Assembly (NCBI GenBank): GCA_965224215.1
Contig: CBDCYS010000026.1
Span: 43,596-107,595, forward strand
Source of the DNA: Bryobacterales bacterium
Lineage (GTDB): Bacteria; Acidobacteriota; Terriglobia; Bryobacterales; UBA6623
DNA length: 64,000 nucleotides
Reading direction: 5' to 3'
Translations under genes and position numbers: made by a program
Shown here: positions 34,128 to 43,245 of the stretch, one piece after another
Position numbering within the stretch: the first letter of the stretch is position 1
Layout of the letters: each line of letters begins with the position of its first letter
Notes under the pieces: generated by a model
The model's database searches: none
What the model was told of the DNA's origin: nothing
The model's input: only the letters and a program-made list of their open reading frames with translations

Positions 34128-34793
34128 TCAGCGCTCGATGGCGATCACACGTGCGGGTGCGCCGTCGGCATCCAGGATCTTCAGCGGTAACGCACAAACC
34201 TCGGTCCGGGCCGAGGCGACCGACCCCAGGTTGCACAGGTATTCGATCATCGGTATTCCGCTGCGCAAAATGACGTCGTGGCTCACAAACTCGGCCATCG
34301 TGGGTTTCCTGCCTTCCAATAGGTCGCGAATTGGGCGATCCTGCGGGAAGTCGAACCCGACGGCGGCGGGTTCTTGGCCGGCAAGCCACTCACATGCCTT
34401 GCGCTTAAGGTAGGGCGCTCGTCTCCAGAAATCCGGCGTGTTGAGCGAAAAACGGTCATCCCAGGTCGTCTTCACGATGACGATGTCGCCTGCTCGGACG
34501 TGCGCCCCCGCAGCGGCGATCGACTCCGCTGAGATGGCGAAGTTTTCTTCGCAGCCGCTGATGTCGATCACCGCAGCCGCTCCGACGAGAGACTCCAGGC
34601 GGAAGTCGGACGTGGTCGGTCCGTCGGGCAGCATATGTCGTGGCGCGTCGATATGGGTGAAGCCGTGAACCGGGAAATCGATGCGTGTTACCTGAAAGTT
34701 GTCACCGCGCTCAAACGCCGCGGCTAACTCACGCTGGACGCTCCAGCGGAAATGGTTTTCAATCGGGTAGGACAAGTCGATAATTCGGGGCAT
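34128..34793 (-). CDS. Cyclase-family protein (kynurenine formamidase-like)
   Basis: FPVHGFTHIDAPRHM matches the HxGTHxDxPxH cyclase-family metal motif. Confidence 0.8.
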   Translation of the reverse strand: MPRIIDLSYPIENHFRWSVQRELAAAFERGDNFQVTRIDFPVHGFTHIDAPRHMLPDGPTTSDFRLESLVGAAAVIDISGCEENFAISAESIAAAGAHVRAGDIVIVKTTWDDRFSLNTPDFWRRAPYLKRKACEWLAGQEPAAVGFDFPQDRPIRDLLEGRKPTMAEFVSHDVILRSGIPMIEYLCNLGSVASARTEVCALPLKILDADGAPARVIAIER

Positions 34794-34935
34794 TGCTCAG
34801 ATTCTAGTTGGCATGGGCAGGCAAAGATGCCTGCCCGATCAACGGCAGCCGTGCGCCACGTAGCGATTGAGTTGCGATATTATCGGCGAGCAAACTGGAT
34901 TCTTCCGATTTCCGCGCCTGCAGCCGGGCAAGACT

Positions 34936-35694
34936 ATGCATTCAAAAGATCGAGTTGCCATCATCACTGGCGGCGCTGCCGGAATTGGCAAAGCCTGCGC
35001 CATCCGCTTCGCCAAAGAGGGCGCCCGCCTCATCCTCGCCGACATCTCCGGAGACGATGGCGCCCAGACTCTCGAATTGCTTCGGGAGCAGGGGGCTGAC
35101 GTCGTCTTCGAACACGGCACGATCGCCGACGAATCGTTCTGCAAACGGCTTGCGGACCTTGCCATCGAAAGATGGGGACGCATCGACGTACTCGTCGCCA
35201 ACGCCGCTCAACGCAACTTTACCCGTGTCCTCGACACGACCGAGAAGGAGTGGGATGAGATCCTCGCGGTAAACCTCAAGGGGACCGCGTTCTCCTGCAA
35301 AGCCGTCCTGCCGCAAATGATCAAGCAGCGCGCGGGAGCGATCGTGTTGCTCTCCTCGGTTCATCACCAAGTCGACCGCAACGAAATGCCGATCTACGAC
35401 GCCAGCAAAGCCGGGATCGTGTCCCTGACGAAGAGCCTCGCCATCGATCATGCCGCCGACGGTATCCGCGTCAACGCCATCTGTCCGGGGCTGACCATTA
35501 CGGACTTTCACATCCGCAAGGCGATCCGGGAAGGACGTTCGGTCGACGAGTTGAAGCAGACCAAGATTGGTCCGTTACGGCGGCCAGCGGATCCCTCTGA
35601 AATCGCATCCGCCAGCTACTTCATGGCCAGCGAGGAAGCGTCCTTCATCACGGGGCAAGCGCTGATGGTCGACGGCGGCCTCTCTATCGGGTAA
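34936..35694 (+). CDS. Short-chain dehydrogenase/reductase (SDR)
   Basis: Start at ATG 34936. TGGAAGIGKA cofactor motif, NAA, and YDASKAG catalytic YxxxK. Confidence 0.9.
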   Translation: MHSKDRVAIITGGAAGIGKACAIRFAKEGARLILADISGDDGAQTLELLREQGADVVFEHGTIADESFCKRLADLAIERWGRIDVLVANAAQRNFTRVLDTTEKEWDEILAVNLKGTAFSCKAVLPQMIKQRAGAIVLLSSVHHQVDRNEMPIYDASKAGIVSLTKSLAIDHAADGIRVNAICPGLTITDFHIRKAIREGRSVDELKQTKIGPLRRPADPSEIASASYFMASEEASFITGQALMVDGGLSIG

Positions 35695-35925
35695 AGGAGT
35701 GTGCCTAAAGGACACTTGCTTTAGGTGGGCAAATAAGGCGGCTGGAGTGACCAACTATTCTTGGCACTCCCGTTCTTGGACTCCCGCTCTTGGCACTCCC
35801 GCACGAATTTTGAACGCGCGGGCTAGGCTTTCCTATCTGCCCGTGGTGAAAGTCCGAGGACGCGAACTGCGAGGCGCCACGGATTTCGGTTCTTGTCTCG
35901 ATTCGAGTTCCAGCAAGTCGCTCTG

Positions 35926-36717
35926 TCAGGGCCCGACGATCTTGCGTTCACCGAGGTCGAAAACCGTCCCAGGCGCGAGTAGCTCGAAGTCTTTCTCGGC
36001 ACCGGCGTCATACACGGCGGCGTAAGACCGGCCGATCACTCTGAAACGGTCGCCCTCGACCACGATCGCCGTATCCTCGTCGATCCCCAGGCCCAGCAGC
36101 TCGGGTTTGGCGCGGATGATCTCAAGCAGATCGAACTGCCGGTTGCGGCTCAGCAGGTGCTGGTCGATCGCGACGTTCTTGAGGAACCCGAAGCCCTCCT
36201 CGTGGTCTCCCATCATGATCGTGTTGGCCTCGGTGTCGCCGCGAGCCAAGTAGGAGCCTTGAATGGTCGCGCCAGCGGAGGAGCCTCCGATCACTCCGCC
36301 GCGCTCGAGCAGCTTCCACAGCTCTGCCTCGACGCGCGTGCCCAGGTAAGCGTCGGCCAGCCGCCACTGCCGGCCTCCGGTGAACCACACGCCCTGGGCG
36401 GTTTCGAGGGGCTTCGCGAATTCCACGGTGTCAGCCTCTTGGTGGTCGTGGGTATGCAGCAGGGTGAGATGACGCAACCCAGCGCCGCGCAGCCGGTCGA
36501 GCCCCGGCCAGTAGGCGTCGTAGTCCTCCCCGCCTCCAGCCGTGGGGACCACCACGAAGCGGGCGTCGGGTCCCCCAGCCAGCTCGATGAAGCGATTCCA
36601 AATACGCTGGTCTTCAAGCGCGCCCCCGACGATCACCAACGAGCCATGCTTCGGCCCGACGGTTTGGCACACCAGAGGGGTGGCTACGAGAAGGCCGACT
36701 AGGGCGAAACAACGCAT
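35926..36717 (-). CDS. Cyanophycinase-like peptidase S51, secreted
   Basis: Signal peptide, GGVIGGSSAGATIQG (nucleophile Ser context), and AIDQHLLSRNRQFDLL. Confidence 0.75.
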   Translation of the reverse strand: MRCFALVGLLVATPLVCQTVGPKHGSLVIVGGALEDQRIWNRFIELAGGPDARFVVVPTAGGGEDYDAYWPGLDRLRGAGLRHLTLLHTHDHQEADTVEFAKPLETAQGVWFTGGRQWRLADAYLGTRVEAELWKLLERGGVIGGSSAGATIQGSYLARGDTEANTIMMGDHEEGFGFLKNVAIDQHLLSRNRQFDLLEIIRAKPELLGLGIDEDTAIVVEGDRFRVIGRSYAAVYDAGAEKDFELLAPGTVFDLGERKIVGP

Positions 36718-36789
36718 ACCGACATTGTGGCAGGCGCTGCCGGTCGGGCCGAGGCACGTTCATTTTGCGCTCGACCGGTTGGCGGTTAC

Positions 36790-39700
36790 TCAGAAGCGGA
36801 AGCGCACGTTGAGTTGGAAGGTTCGCTGCAGGCCTTCGGAGCGGACGATTCCGAAGTAGGGATTATCCACGTTGCGGAACGGGGCGGCCCAGTTTTGGTT
36901 GTTGAAGGCGTTGAGCATGTCGATGCCGAAATCGGTCGACATCGTTTCTGTGATGGCAACAGACTTGGCGATTCGCAGGTCCCACTGCTGGAAGCCATGC
37001 ATCCGTACCGCGTTGCGGCCGAGCGTTCCTTGGCGCAGCTCGTCGAAGTCCGTGGGTACAACGGCCTGAAACGCACTGGGGTCGAAGGCAAACCGGCCGC
37101 TGACCTCGCGTCCTTCCGCGTCCGCAAAGGTTCGGACCTGACCCGGATCTAAACGCGTATAGGTTCCGACGAGGTCAGGCCGCCCGACACGTTCAAAGCT
37201 GAACGTTGGGTCTTCCGTCTGGCGGACATCGAGCGGGAGGCCGGACCTCATGCGCCAGATACCGCTGATCTGCCAGTCGTCGGCCCAGGGTGTTCGCAAC
37301 GCCATATCCCGAGGGAGCCGCAGCCGGTAAAACCAAGTTGCCGTCAGCATATGGCGCCGATCGAAATCGGAAGCCGCCCAGGGTTCGGTATTGAAGGCAT
37401 CACCGAAAGAGCTGCTGGCATTGTCGAACGAACTCGACCAGGTGTATCCCATGTCAAAGGCGAGTCCCCGGGTGAGGTAGCGAGTGGCCTTCAGGTGCAT
37501 CCCGTGGTAGCGCGCGGTCCCGGAGCTCTCAAACGAGCGGATGTTTTGGTATTGAGAGAACAGCCGCATGTTGCGGATGGACCCGAATCCCAGTAGCGCA
37601 CTGCGCCGGAACTCGTTCACCTCTTGCTGGCGCTGCAAGTTCCGTGAGCGGGTTCCGACGTACGTTGCGCTCAGGAATACACGGTGTGGCAAGAGGCGCT
37701 GCCAGCCAACGGCCCAGTGTTGCGCCATCGCGTTGTCAAAAAGCGGGTCGAAAACCAGAATCGGGTAGGTGACGAGCGAGCCTCGAATCAAACCCGTGTT
37801 GACGGGGGGGACGACCGAAAGCGGCGCCCGAAAATTGCCGGTGCGGGCCAGGCGGGCAAAGTCGAAACGGGTGTCGGTGCTGAAAGGCGGATAAGTGGCC
37901 TGAAAGAGAGCGGCAGCGCTTGATCCGGCGAATGTCCCGAAATCGTAGAACACTCCGTAGGAGGCGCGGAAAACCGACCGGCCCGATTCGCCGAAGATCC
38001 AGCGCGAAAGTTTGTTCTCCGAAGTCGGAGAGTAGGCCAGCCCGACACGGGGGACGAAATGTTTGCCATCGGTTCGGATCGTGGAGCGAGGGAGCAGGCC
38101 AAGGTCGCCATCGGGATCACCAGGGAAGATCAAGTTGGGCAAGGTGTCGTCGAACGACTGGCTCTCGACACTCCGCCGAAATGCCGCAAGGCGGTCCAGG
38201 CGTTCGACGGCCGGTGGCTGTGACTCGTAACGGACGCCGGCGGTAATCTGCATTCCGCGAAACGGTCGCACTTCGGACTCTCCGTAGAGTGCAAATTCGT
38301 TCCAGCGCATGTTGAGGCTGCGCGGGGTGGTTAAACGATAGGTGGCGGGAATGCCGAGCAGCAGGTCCGCGACGCTGTTGCGCGTGCCGCGAAACGCCGT
38401 GGAAGAAAAAGTAAAGCTGCCGGCCTCATTCTCTGTGTTTGAGAAAGGCCAGATGCTGCGGCGAAACATCGCGCCGCCCCGAAGGACGAGTCCCCGGTGC
38501 CGGTAGGCCAGGTCATCGCGAACCTGGAACGACGTCTGAGCCGATGACTCGGCAAATAAGAATGGCACGATCCGTAAGCGTTCAAGGCCGTCGGCGGCGA
38601 GCAACGTCACGTCGGGAAGCGTGGACGGGTCGGCGCCGTAGGTCTGAAAGTCGAATCCGAAACTATCCGCGGGGGTGTCGATAAAGTCAGGGCGACCCTG
38701 GCGGCGGTTGCTGGACAAGCGCTGTCCAGCCAGCCGGACAGAGTTCGAGAAACTCGGTCCGGGGGCGTAGCTGAGAGTGATCTGGGCGTTATGAGAACGT
38801 TGAGTGCGCCGCGAGGCCAAGCCAGGGGCTGTTACTCCAACATCACGAAACGGCTCGTCGACGCGATTCCGGAAGTTGAAGTAGCTGAAGTTCAGCGACC
38901 AGTTCGACCGGCGCCAGTCGAGGCGGCCCAGCAGCATCTCTCCATCGCCGTCCAAGTCTCTTTCCGAGCGGTAAAGATCCTCGCCTTCATTTGGCGCCGG
39001 GACAAACGTATCGAGATACTTCGTCACCAGCGGATCGAACAACCCGGCCGGCACAATTCCGTTAACGAAGGGCATGTTCGTTTGCGGGTCGCGGGGTGCG
39101 TTCTGAGCCGGTAGGGAAGAAAAATCACCGGAGCGCTCCGCGACAGTTAGCACGGGTGAGATCTCGGTCTCCCGGCGTCTCGTACCCCAAGCTTCGGCAT
39201 CCAGAAACAGAAAAAGGCCCTTCTTTTTTGATAGCGTCCCTCCTATCTGTCCCCCGCCCGCCCAACCGTTGATGGAATCGTTAGATCCATCAAATGTCTC
39301 GATCGTATTGCTGCCCCGGGGACGCCAGAAGCCACGGGCTTGACCGTGCCATTCGTTGCCACCGCTGCGAGTGGTGGCCGAAACGACGGCACCGGCATTG
39401 CGCCCGTCTTGCGCGGAATAGGTGTGGCTGACGACACGAAACGTCTCGATGGCTTCCGGCATCGGGCCGAAAGTTGTCGCCTGCGCTCCTGTAATGCGGT
39501 TTTGTGCGTTGTTCGAGCCACCGTCGAGCTGGTAGTTGATCGCGGATGGTCTCGACCCATTGGCCGAAACCGCGGCGGCGCGGCCTGTGAATGGATTGAC
39601 TTCCAGCGATTGGGTGGGACTCGCGCCCGGAACCATCGACAATAGCTTGTCGACCGGGGTTCGGCCTTCGGATCCGAGCAATACCGGCATCGCCTCGATC

Positions 39701-40107
39701 TGCTCTCTGACGAGACCGTATTCAATGGCGATTCCCTCTAGTCCCCCGCGGGGCCGAGTGAGCGGAGCAGCAAGGGGCTTGAGTTCGGCCGAGATCTCGA
39801 CCGGGACGCCGGGCAGAACTTCATACGGACGGAGTTGTTGGACGGCGTATCCCGCCAAGTCAAATGTCAGCGAGTACTTGGCCGAAGGCAAGCGCGTGAA
39901 GGCAAAACGGCCTGCCAGATCGGTGTGGGCCGTGAGCGGCTTCGCGCTCGAAAGATCGGTGAGAGTGACCCTAACGTCTTCGAGGGGGGCCTGTTGGGGA
40001 TCAACAACCCGCCCGCGAATGACACCGGAAGGGGGAAGCTGGCCAATGGCCGGCCCTGCAACAAAAAAAACGCAGACTACCCCCAGGAGCAGAGGCCTCC
40101 TGCACAT
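36790..40107 (-). CDS. TonB-dependent-receptor-like outer-membrane protein with N-terminal carboxypeptidase-regulatory-like domain
   Basis: 1105 aa. Signal peptide; GVIRGRVVDPQQAPLEDVRVTLTD...GRFAFTRLPSAKYSLTFDLAGY; plug-like region; C-terminal beta-barrel ending ...FQLNVRFRF. Confidence 0.88.
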   Translation of the reverse strand: MCRRPLLLGVVCVFFVAGPAIGQLPPSGVIRGRVVDPQQAPLEDVRVTLTDLSSAKPLTAHTDLAGRFAFTRLPSAKYSLTFDLAGYAVQQLRPYEVLPGVPVEISAELKPLAAPLTRPRGGLEGIAIEYGLVREQIEAMPVLLGSEGRTPVDKLLSMVPGASPTQSLEVNPFTGRAAAVSANGSRPSAINYQLDGGSNNAQNRITGAQATTFGPMPEAIETFRVVSHTYSAQDGRNAGAVVSATTRSGGNEWHGQARGFWRPRGSNTIETFDGSNDSINGWAGGGQIGGTLSKKKGLFLFLDAEAWGTRRRETEISPVLTVAERSGDFSSLPAQNAPRDPQTNMPFVNGIVPAGLFDPLVTKYLDTFVPAPNEGEDLYRSERDLDGDGEMLLGRLDWRRSNWSLNFSYFNFRNRVDEPFRDVGVTAPGLASRRTQRSHNAQITLSYAPGPSFSNSVRLAGQRLSSNRRQGRPDFIDTPADSFGFDFQTYGADPSTLPDVTLLAADGLERLRIVPFLFAESSAQTSFQVRDDLAYRHRGLVLRGGAMFRRSIWPFSNTENEAGSFTFSSTAFRGTRNSVADLLLGIPATYRLTTPRSLNMRWNEFALYGESEVRPFRGMQITAGVRYESQPPAVERLDRLAAFRRSVESQSFDDTLPNLIFPGDPDGDLGLLPRSTIRTDGKHFVPRVGLAYSPTSENKLSRWIFGESGRSVFRASYGVFYDFGTFAGSSAAALFQATYPPFSTDTRFDFARLARTGNFRAPLSVVPPVNTGLIRGSLVTYPILVFDPLFDNAMAQHWAVGWQRLLPHRVFLSATYVGTRSRNLQRQQEVNEFRRSALLGFGSIRNMRLFSQYQNIRSFESSGTARYHGMHLKATRYLTRGLAFDMGYTWSSSFDNASSSFGDAFNTEPWAASDFDRRHMLTATWFYRLRLPRDMALRTPWADDWQISGIWRMRSGLPLDVRQTEDPTFSFERVGRPDLVGTYTRLDPGQVRTFADAEGREVSGRFAFDPSAFQAVVPTDFDELRQGTLGRNAVRMHGFQQWDLRIAKSVAITETMSTDFGIDMLNAFNNQNWAAPFRNVDNPYFGIVRSEGLQRTFQLNVRFRF

Positions 40108-40111
40108 AAAC

Positions 40112-41719
40112 CTATTGTAAGGCTTGGATCGGGGCTTCGAGGTGAGAGATGCGAGTTCGGATACGTCCCAGCAACTCGCCGCAAGAAAGATTTACGTCGG
40201 AAGTATCGATGCTGGTTTCCGGAGTGACAAGCAAAGCATTGAGAGTGGCATCGAGATCGAGCGTGTCGCTGAGCAACAGTTGGCTTTCGCGTCTCCAATC
40301 TGAGTCGCCTTGGGCTTCGTCTTTGTCGGCCCGATAGGTCCAGAAACGTCTCGGGAGCGCTTCAGACAAACGATCGTAAATGCTGGCTTCGTGTTCCCGA
40401 ATAGCGGTGGTGTGGAAGCTGACCACCTGCCGGAAAGAATCGACATCACCCCGCCCAAGCCGACTGACAAGGCTGGCGTCAAAGCTCGTAAGAACGCCGT
40501 TCAGCGCGTAAACGTGCGAGAGAAGCCGCGACTGACCGCGCAACACGTCGCTCACGTAGCGGTCGAGTTCCGATTCAAGCGCAGCCGGCTCAGGGGCCTG
40601 GAAAGAGCGCCGTGCGGCATCGCCGTAGTGAGAAAGCAGGGAACTGCGAACCACGCCACCACTGGCGCGGGCATCGGTTGACTGGTTGGCTCCCGCTAGG
40701 AGGGCCTCCGTATCCCCTGTCTGGCGCTCGATCAGAGCGAAGCTGACTAGCCGCTCACCCGCCGCTCGCTGGATTTCAGCAGTGACACGTTCGCGCACCG
40801 CGGCGTTTTCGACCGTTCCTCTAAAGGAAAGAACACCGCCGGTTAGGAAAGGACGAATATCTTCTTGCCAGACACCGGTCTTATTGAGAATATGGTGGCC
40901 CGCGAGGACGAAGGGCGCCTCATCCGCGCTAATCGGAGCAGCCTGGGGAGCCGCTTCGGCAGGCGCGGAGGCGACCAAGGTGTCTTGCGGTTGTAGCGCA
41001 AGCGGCAAATCGAGCGTTACCGGCGCAATGTGCATCAGCGCCCCAGCGAAGCTAAGCGAACGAGAGATACTCAACGCCGGAGCCTGCGAAAACGTTGCTT
41101 GGCTCTCGAACGGACGGCTTGCCCGGGTCGCTGGTGTGGCCAGCTCAAGTCGGGCCATCTCAAACCGCGCCGGGGGAGTGCTTCTTTCGACACTCGCCGC
41201 TATTTCGACCGGCTGGGCCGACGCTGCATCGGCTGGCCTAGCGGCGGCGGCTCTCGGCATCTGGACTGGGGCAGGTTCGGGAACCACAGCAATCTTGACC
41301 GGCTCCGTTACAACACTTTCTGCGGCTGGAACTGCCGGAACCGCCGATTCTATGGCCACTCCTTCGACAACCTGAACCGGCACCGCCGAATTCGGGGCAC
41401 GAAGAGCCATGTAGCCGCCCAATGCGGCGATAGCGAGGCCCGCCGCCACAGCGTAGGCCGGCGCCCAGCGAACCGGGAAGGCGATCACTGGTTTGGCGGG
41501 GTAGAGGGTTTCCTGCAAGCGCTCCCTCGAAGCCACCCGCAGTTCGGGGACTTCGGCAGGCACGGATGCACGAATATCCTGCTCTACCTCGTAAAGCCAG
41601 GACTGCAATTCAGCCATTGATTGTTGGCAAGCGGCGCAACGATCGATGTGAGCGCTGGATTCGCCGTTCAGCTCACCGTCAAAGTGCTCGAGCAGTTCTT
41701 CTGTGGTCAGGTGTGTCAA
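40112..41719 (-). CDS. Anti-sigma factor (zf-HC2), single-pass membrane protein with large Ala/Pro-rich extracytoplasmic region
   Basis: HIDRCAACQ (H-x3-C-x2-C). TM helix APAYAVAAGLAIAALGGYMAL. Overlaps the sigma gene by 41 nt and ends 4 nt before the receptor gene start. Confidence 0.8.
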   Translation of the reverse strand: MTHLTTEELLEHFDGELNGESSAHIDRCAACQQSMAELQSWLYEVEQDIRASVPAEVPELRVASRERLQETLYPAKPVIAFPVRWAPAYAVAAGLAIAALGGYMALRAPNSAVPVQVVEGVAIESAVPAVPAAESVVTEPVKIAVVPEPAPVQMPRAAAARPADAASAQPVEIAASVERSTPPARFEMARLELATPATRASRPFESQATFSQAPALSISRSLSFAGALMHIAPVTLDLPLALQPQDTLVASAPAEAAPQAAPISADEAPFVLAGHHILNKTGVWQEDIRPFLTGGVLSFRGTVENAAVRERVTAEIQRAAGERLVSFALIERQTGDTEALLAGANQSTDARASGGVVRSSLLSHYGDAARRSFQAPEPAALESELDRYVSDVLRGQSRLLSHVYALNGVLTSFDASLVSRLGRGDVDSFRQVVSFHTTAIREHEASIYDRLSEALPRRFWTYRADKDEAQGDSDWRRESQLLLSDTLDLDATLNALLVTPETSIDTSDVNLSCGELLGRIRTRISHLEAPIQALQ

Positions 41720-42272
41720 TCTCTTTGTCTTCTTTTCCAGCCTTTAGCTTCGCCAGCGCCCGTGAAATGTAGCTGACGACCGTGGAAATCGACAACTCCA
41801 AAACTTCGCCGATTTCTCGAAACTTTAACCCTTCTGTTCGGAGCCGCAAGCACTCCAACTCTGTCGGACTGAGACGATCCCAAGGCAGCTTAGAAACTTC
41901 AACTTTGGCGGTTAGTCCATTGGCCTCAACAATCATATGGCCTTCTACAGCCACCCAGCCTTGCTCGTCTAATAGATCCGGTTTCCGTTTTCTCCCATAA
42001 TCGACCAGCAGGTTGTGCGCCACTCGATACAGCCAAGCCCGCGGTTGTGCAATCTCCTCGTCACGGCTGCGTGCCTGGAAAAAGCGCACGAATGTCTCTT
42101 GGACAATGTCTTCCGCTTCTGATTGATCGTCTAAGTGATAACGCAGATATCGAACAAGGCTATCCCGGTTTTCACCGAACAACTGCTCGGTCTCAGATGC
42201 GGCGGAGCTGGGCTTCTTAGAAGCTCGCAAAAGGCGCACTCCGACGCCGCCTGAGTTAGTAAGACGAACCAA
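41679..42272 (-). CDS. ECF-type RNA polymerase sigma-70 factor
   Basis: Region 2 DIVQETFVRFF...AWLYRVAHNLLVDYGRKR and region 4 LSPTELECLRLRTEGLKFREIGEVLELSISTVVSYISRALAKL. The start codon (TTG at 42272) is uncertain. Confidence 0.88.
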   Translation of the reverse strand: MVRLTNSGGVGVRLLRASKKPSSAASETEQLFGENRDSLVRYLRYHLDDQSEAEDIVQETFVRFFQARSRDEEIAQPRAWLYRVAHNLLVDYGRKRKPDLLDEQGWVAVEGHMIVEANGLTAKVEVSKLPWDRLSPTELECLRLRTEGLKFREIGEVLELSISTVVSYISRALAKLKAGKEDKEIDTPDHRRTARAL

Positions 42273-42655
42273 GCGGCGTTTCTTACGGCAAGGTACTGCT
42301 TAATTACATTCTGAGCCCGGCGTGGAAGGATGTCAATGGAACCTCGGTTACGTTTCGACATCGACGTGCTGTAGGCCGCAGAATCGGCCCGTCTATCTCC
42401 CGCCCTTGATAGCCGTTGCTGAGCGCGAAAATGAACTTGTGGTGGCGGTGCGAATGGACGAATTGACTGAGTCATTGGCCGATCGCTCGTGGACGAGGGA
42501 GCCGGGCAGCCTGGGCCAGCGACAAACGGCGAGATGAGTCTGGATGCGGCAAGCTGAGAGCTTGCCTTACATGGTTGCTGATCGGCCAAAACAGCCAGAC
42601 CAGATATAATGGCAGAAATCTGTCACAGAAGAGGTCATAATAGTGCAATAAACCG

Positions 42656-42904
42656 ATGAAGAATCTCCATGTCCCACTCCCCGAAGAACTTCACACAGGA
42701 CTTCGCGCCGAGTCGAAGCGTGTCCAGCGCCCCGCTACGGCCCTCGCTCGTCAGGCCATCGAATCGTGGCTCCAAGAGCAACGGAAGCTGACCCGTCACG
42801 CCGAAATTGCCGCTTTCGCCGAGCAACACGCGGGTACCGACTTGGATCTTGATTCTGATCTCGAACAAGAGTCGCTTGAACACCTCGCGGATGCGGAGCG
42901 TTGA
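42656..42904 (+). CDS. Ribbon-helix-helix (CopG-like) antitoxin
   Basis: 82 aa. N-terminal KNLHVPLPEELHTGLRAESKRVQRPATALARQAIESWL and an acidic tail. Its stop overlaps the toxin start. Confidence 0.8.
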   Translation: MKNLHVPLPEELHTGLRAESKRVQRPATALARQAIESWLQEQRKLTRHAEIAAFAEQHAGTDLDLDSDLEQESLEHLADAER

Positions 42905-43245
42905 GGCGGGGTGACATCTACTGGGCCGACCTCCGTCCTCGATCGGGAGCCGAGCAAACGGGACGCCGGCCCGTCATCGTCGTCTCGCACAACGCCTTTA
43001 TCCAAACCGTCGGCTGGCGGTCGGTCATTGTTGTTCCGGTTTCGACATCCGCGCGGCAGTCGGCGCGGGGTCCCACCGTTGTCGAGCTTCCCACCGGCGA
43101 TGCCTTAGCGAAGCCGAGCGTGGCGCTATGCCATCAGGTCACAACGATTGACCGGTCGAAACTGTCGAAGCGGGCCGGGGCCTTGCCGGCTACTGTCTTG
43201 GAAGCAGTCGAACAGGCTCTTAAGGCGGCGATGGACTTGAACTGA
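42901..43245 (+). CDS. mazF: MazF/PemK-family type II toxin endoribonuclease
   Basis: RRGDIYWADL...GAEQTGRRPVIVVS...VIVVPVST...LCHQVTTIDRSKL is the MazF/PemK signature. TTG start overlaps the antitoxin stop. Confidence 0.88.
   Translation: MRRGDIYWADLRPRSGAEQTGRRPVIVVSHNAFIQTVGWRSVIVVPVSTSARQSARGPTVVELPTGDALAKPSVALCHQVTTIDRSKLSKRAGALPATVLEAVEQALKAAMDLN

Noticed and set aside
35758-35801. TGGCAC motifs as sigma-54 promoters
   Set aside because: The spacing gives TGGCAC-N5-TTCTT, lacking the essential GC of the -12 element. The site also lies between two convergent gene ends with nothing to drive.
42338-42366. ECF-type promoter-like GGAAC-N15-CGAC upstream of the sigma gene
   Set aside because: The motif is on the plus strand, pointing away from the minus-strand ECF sigma gene. 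A single loose match is not evidence.
42131-42589. 152-aa minus-strand ORF upstream of and overlapping the ECF sigma start
   Set aside because: It is out of frame with the sigma gene, has no motif, and has low-complexity Pro/Ser/Ala composition. More likely it is the sigma promoter region.
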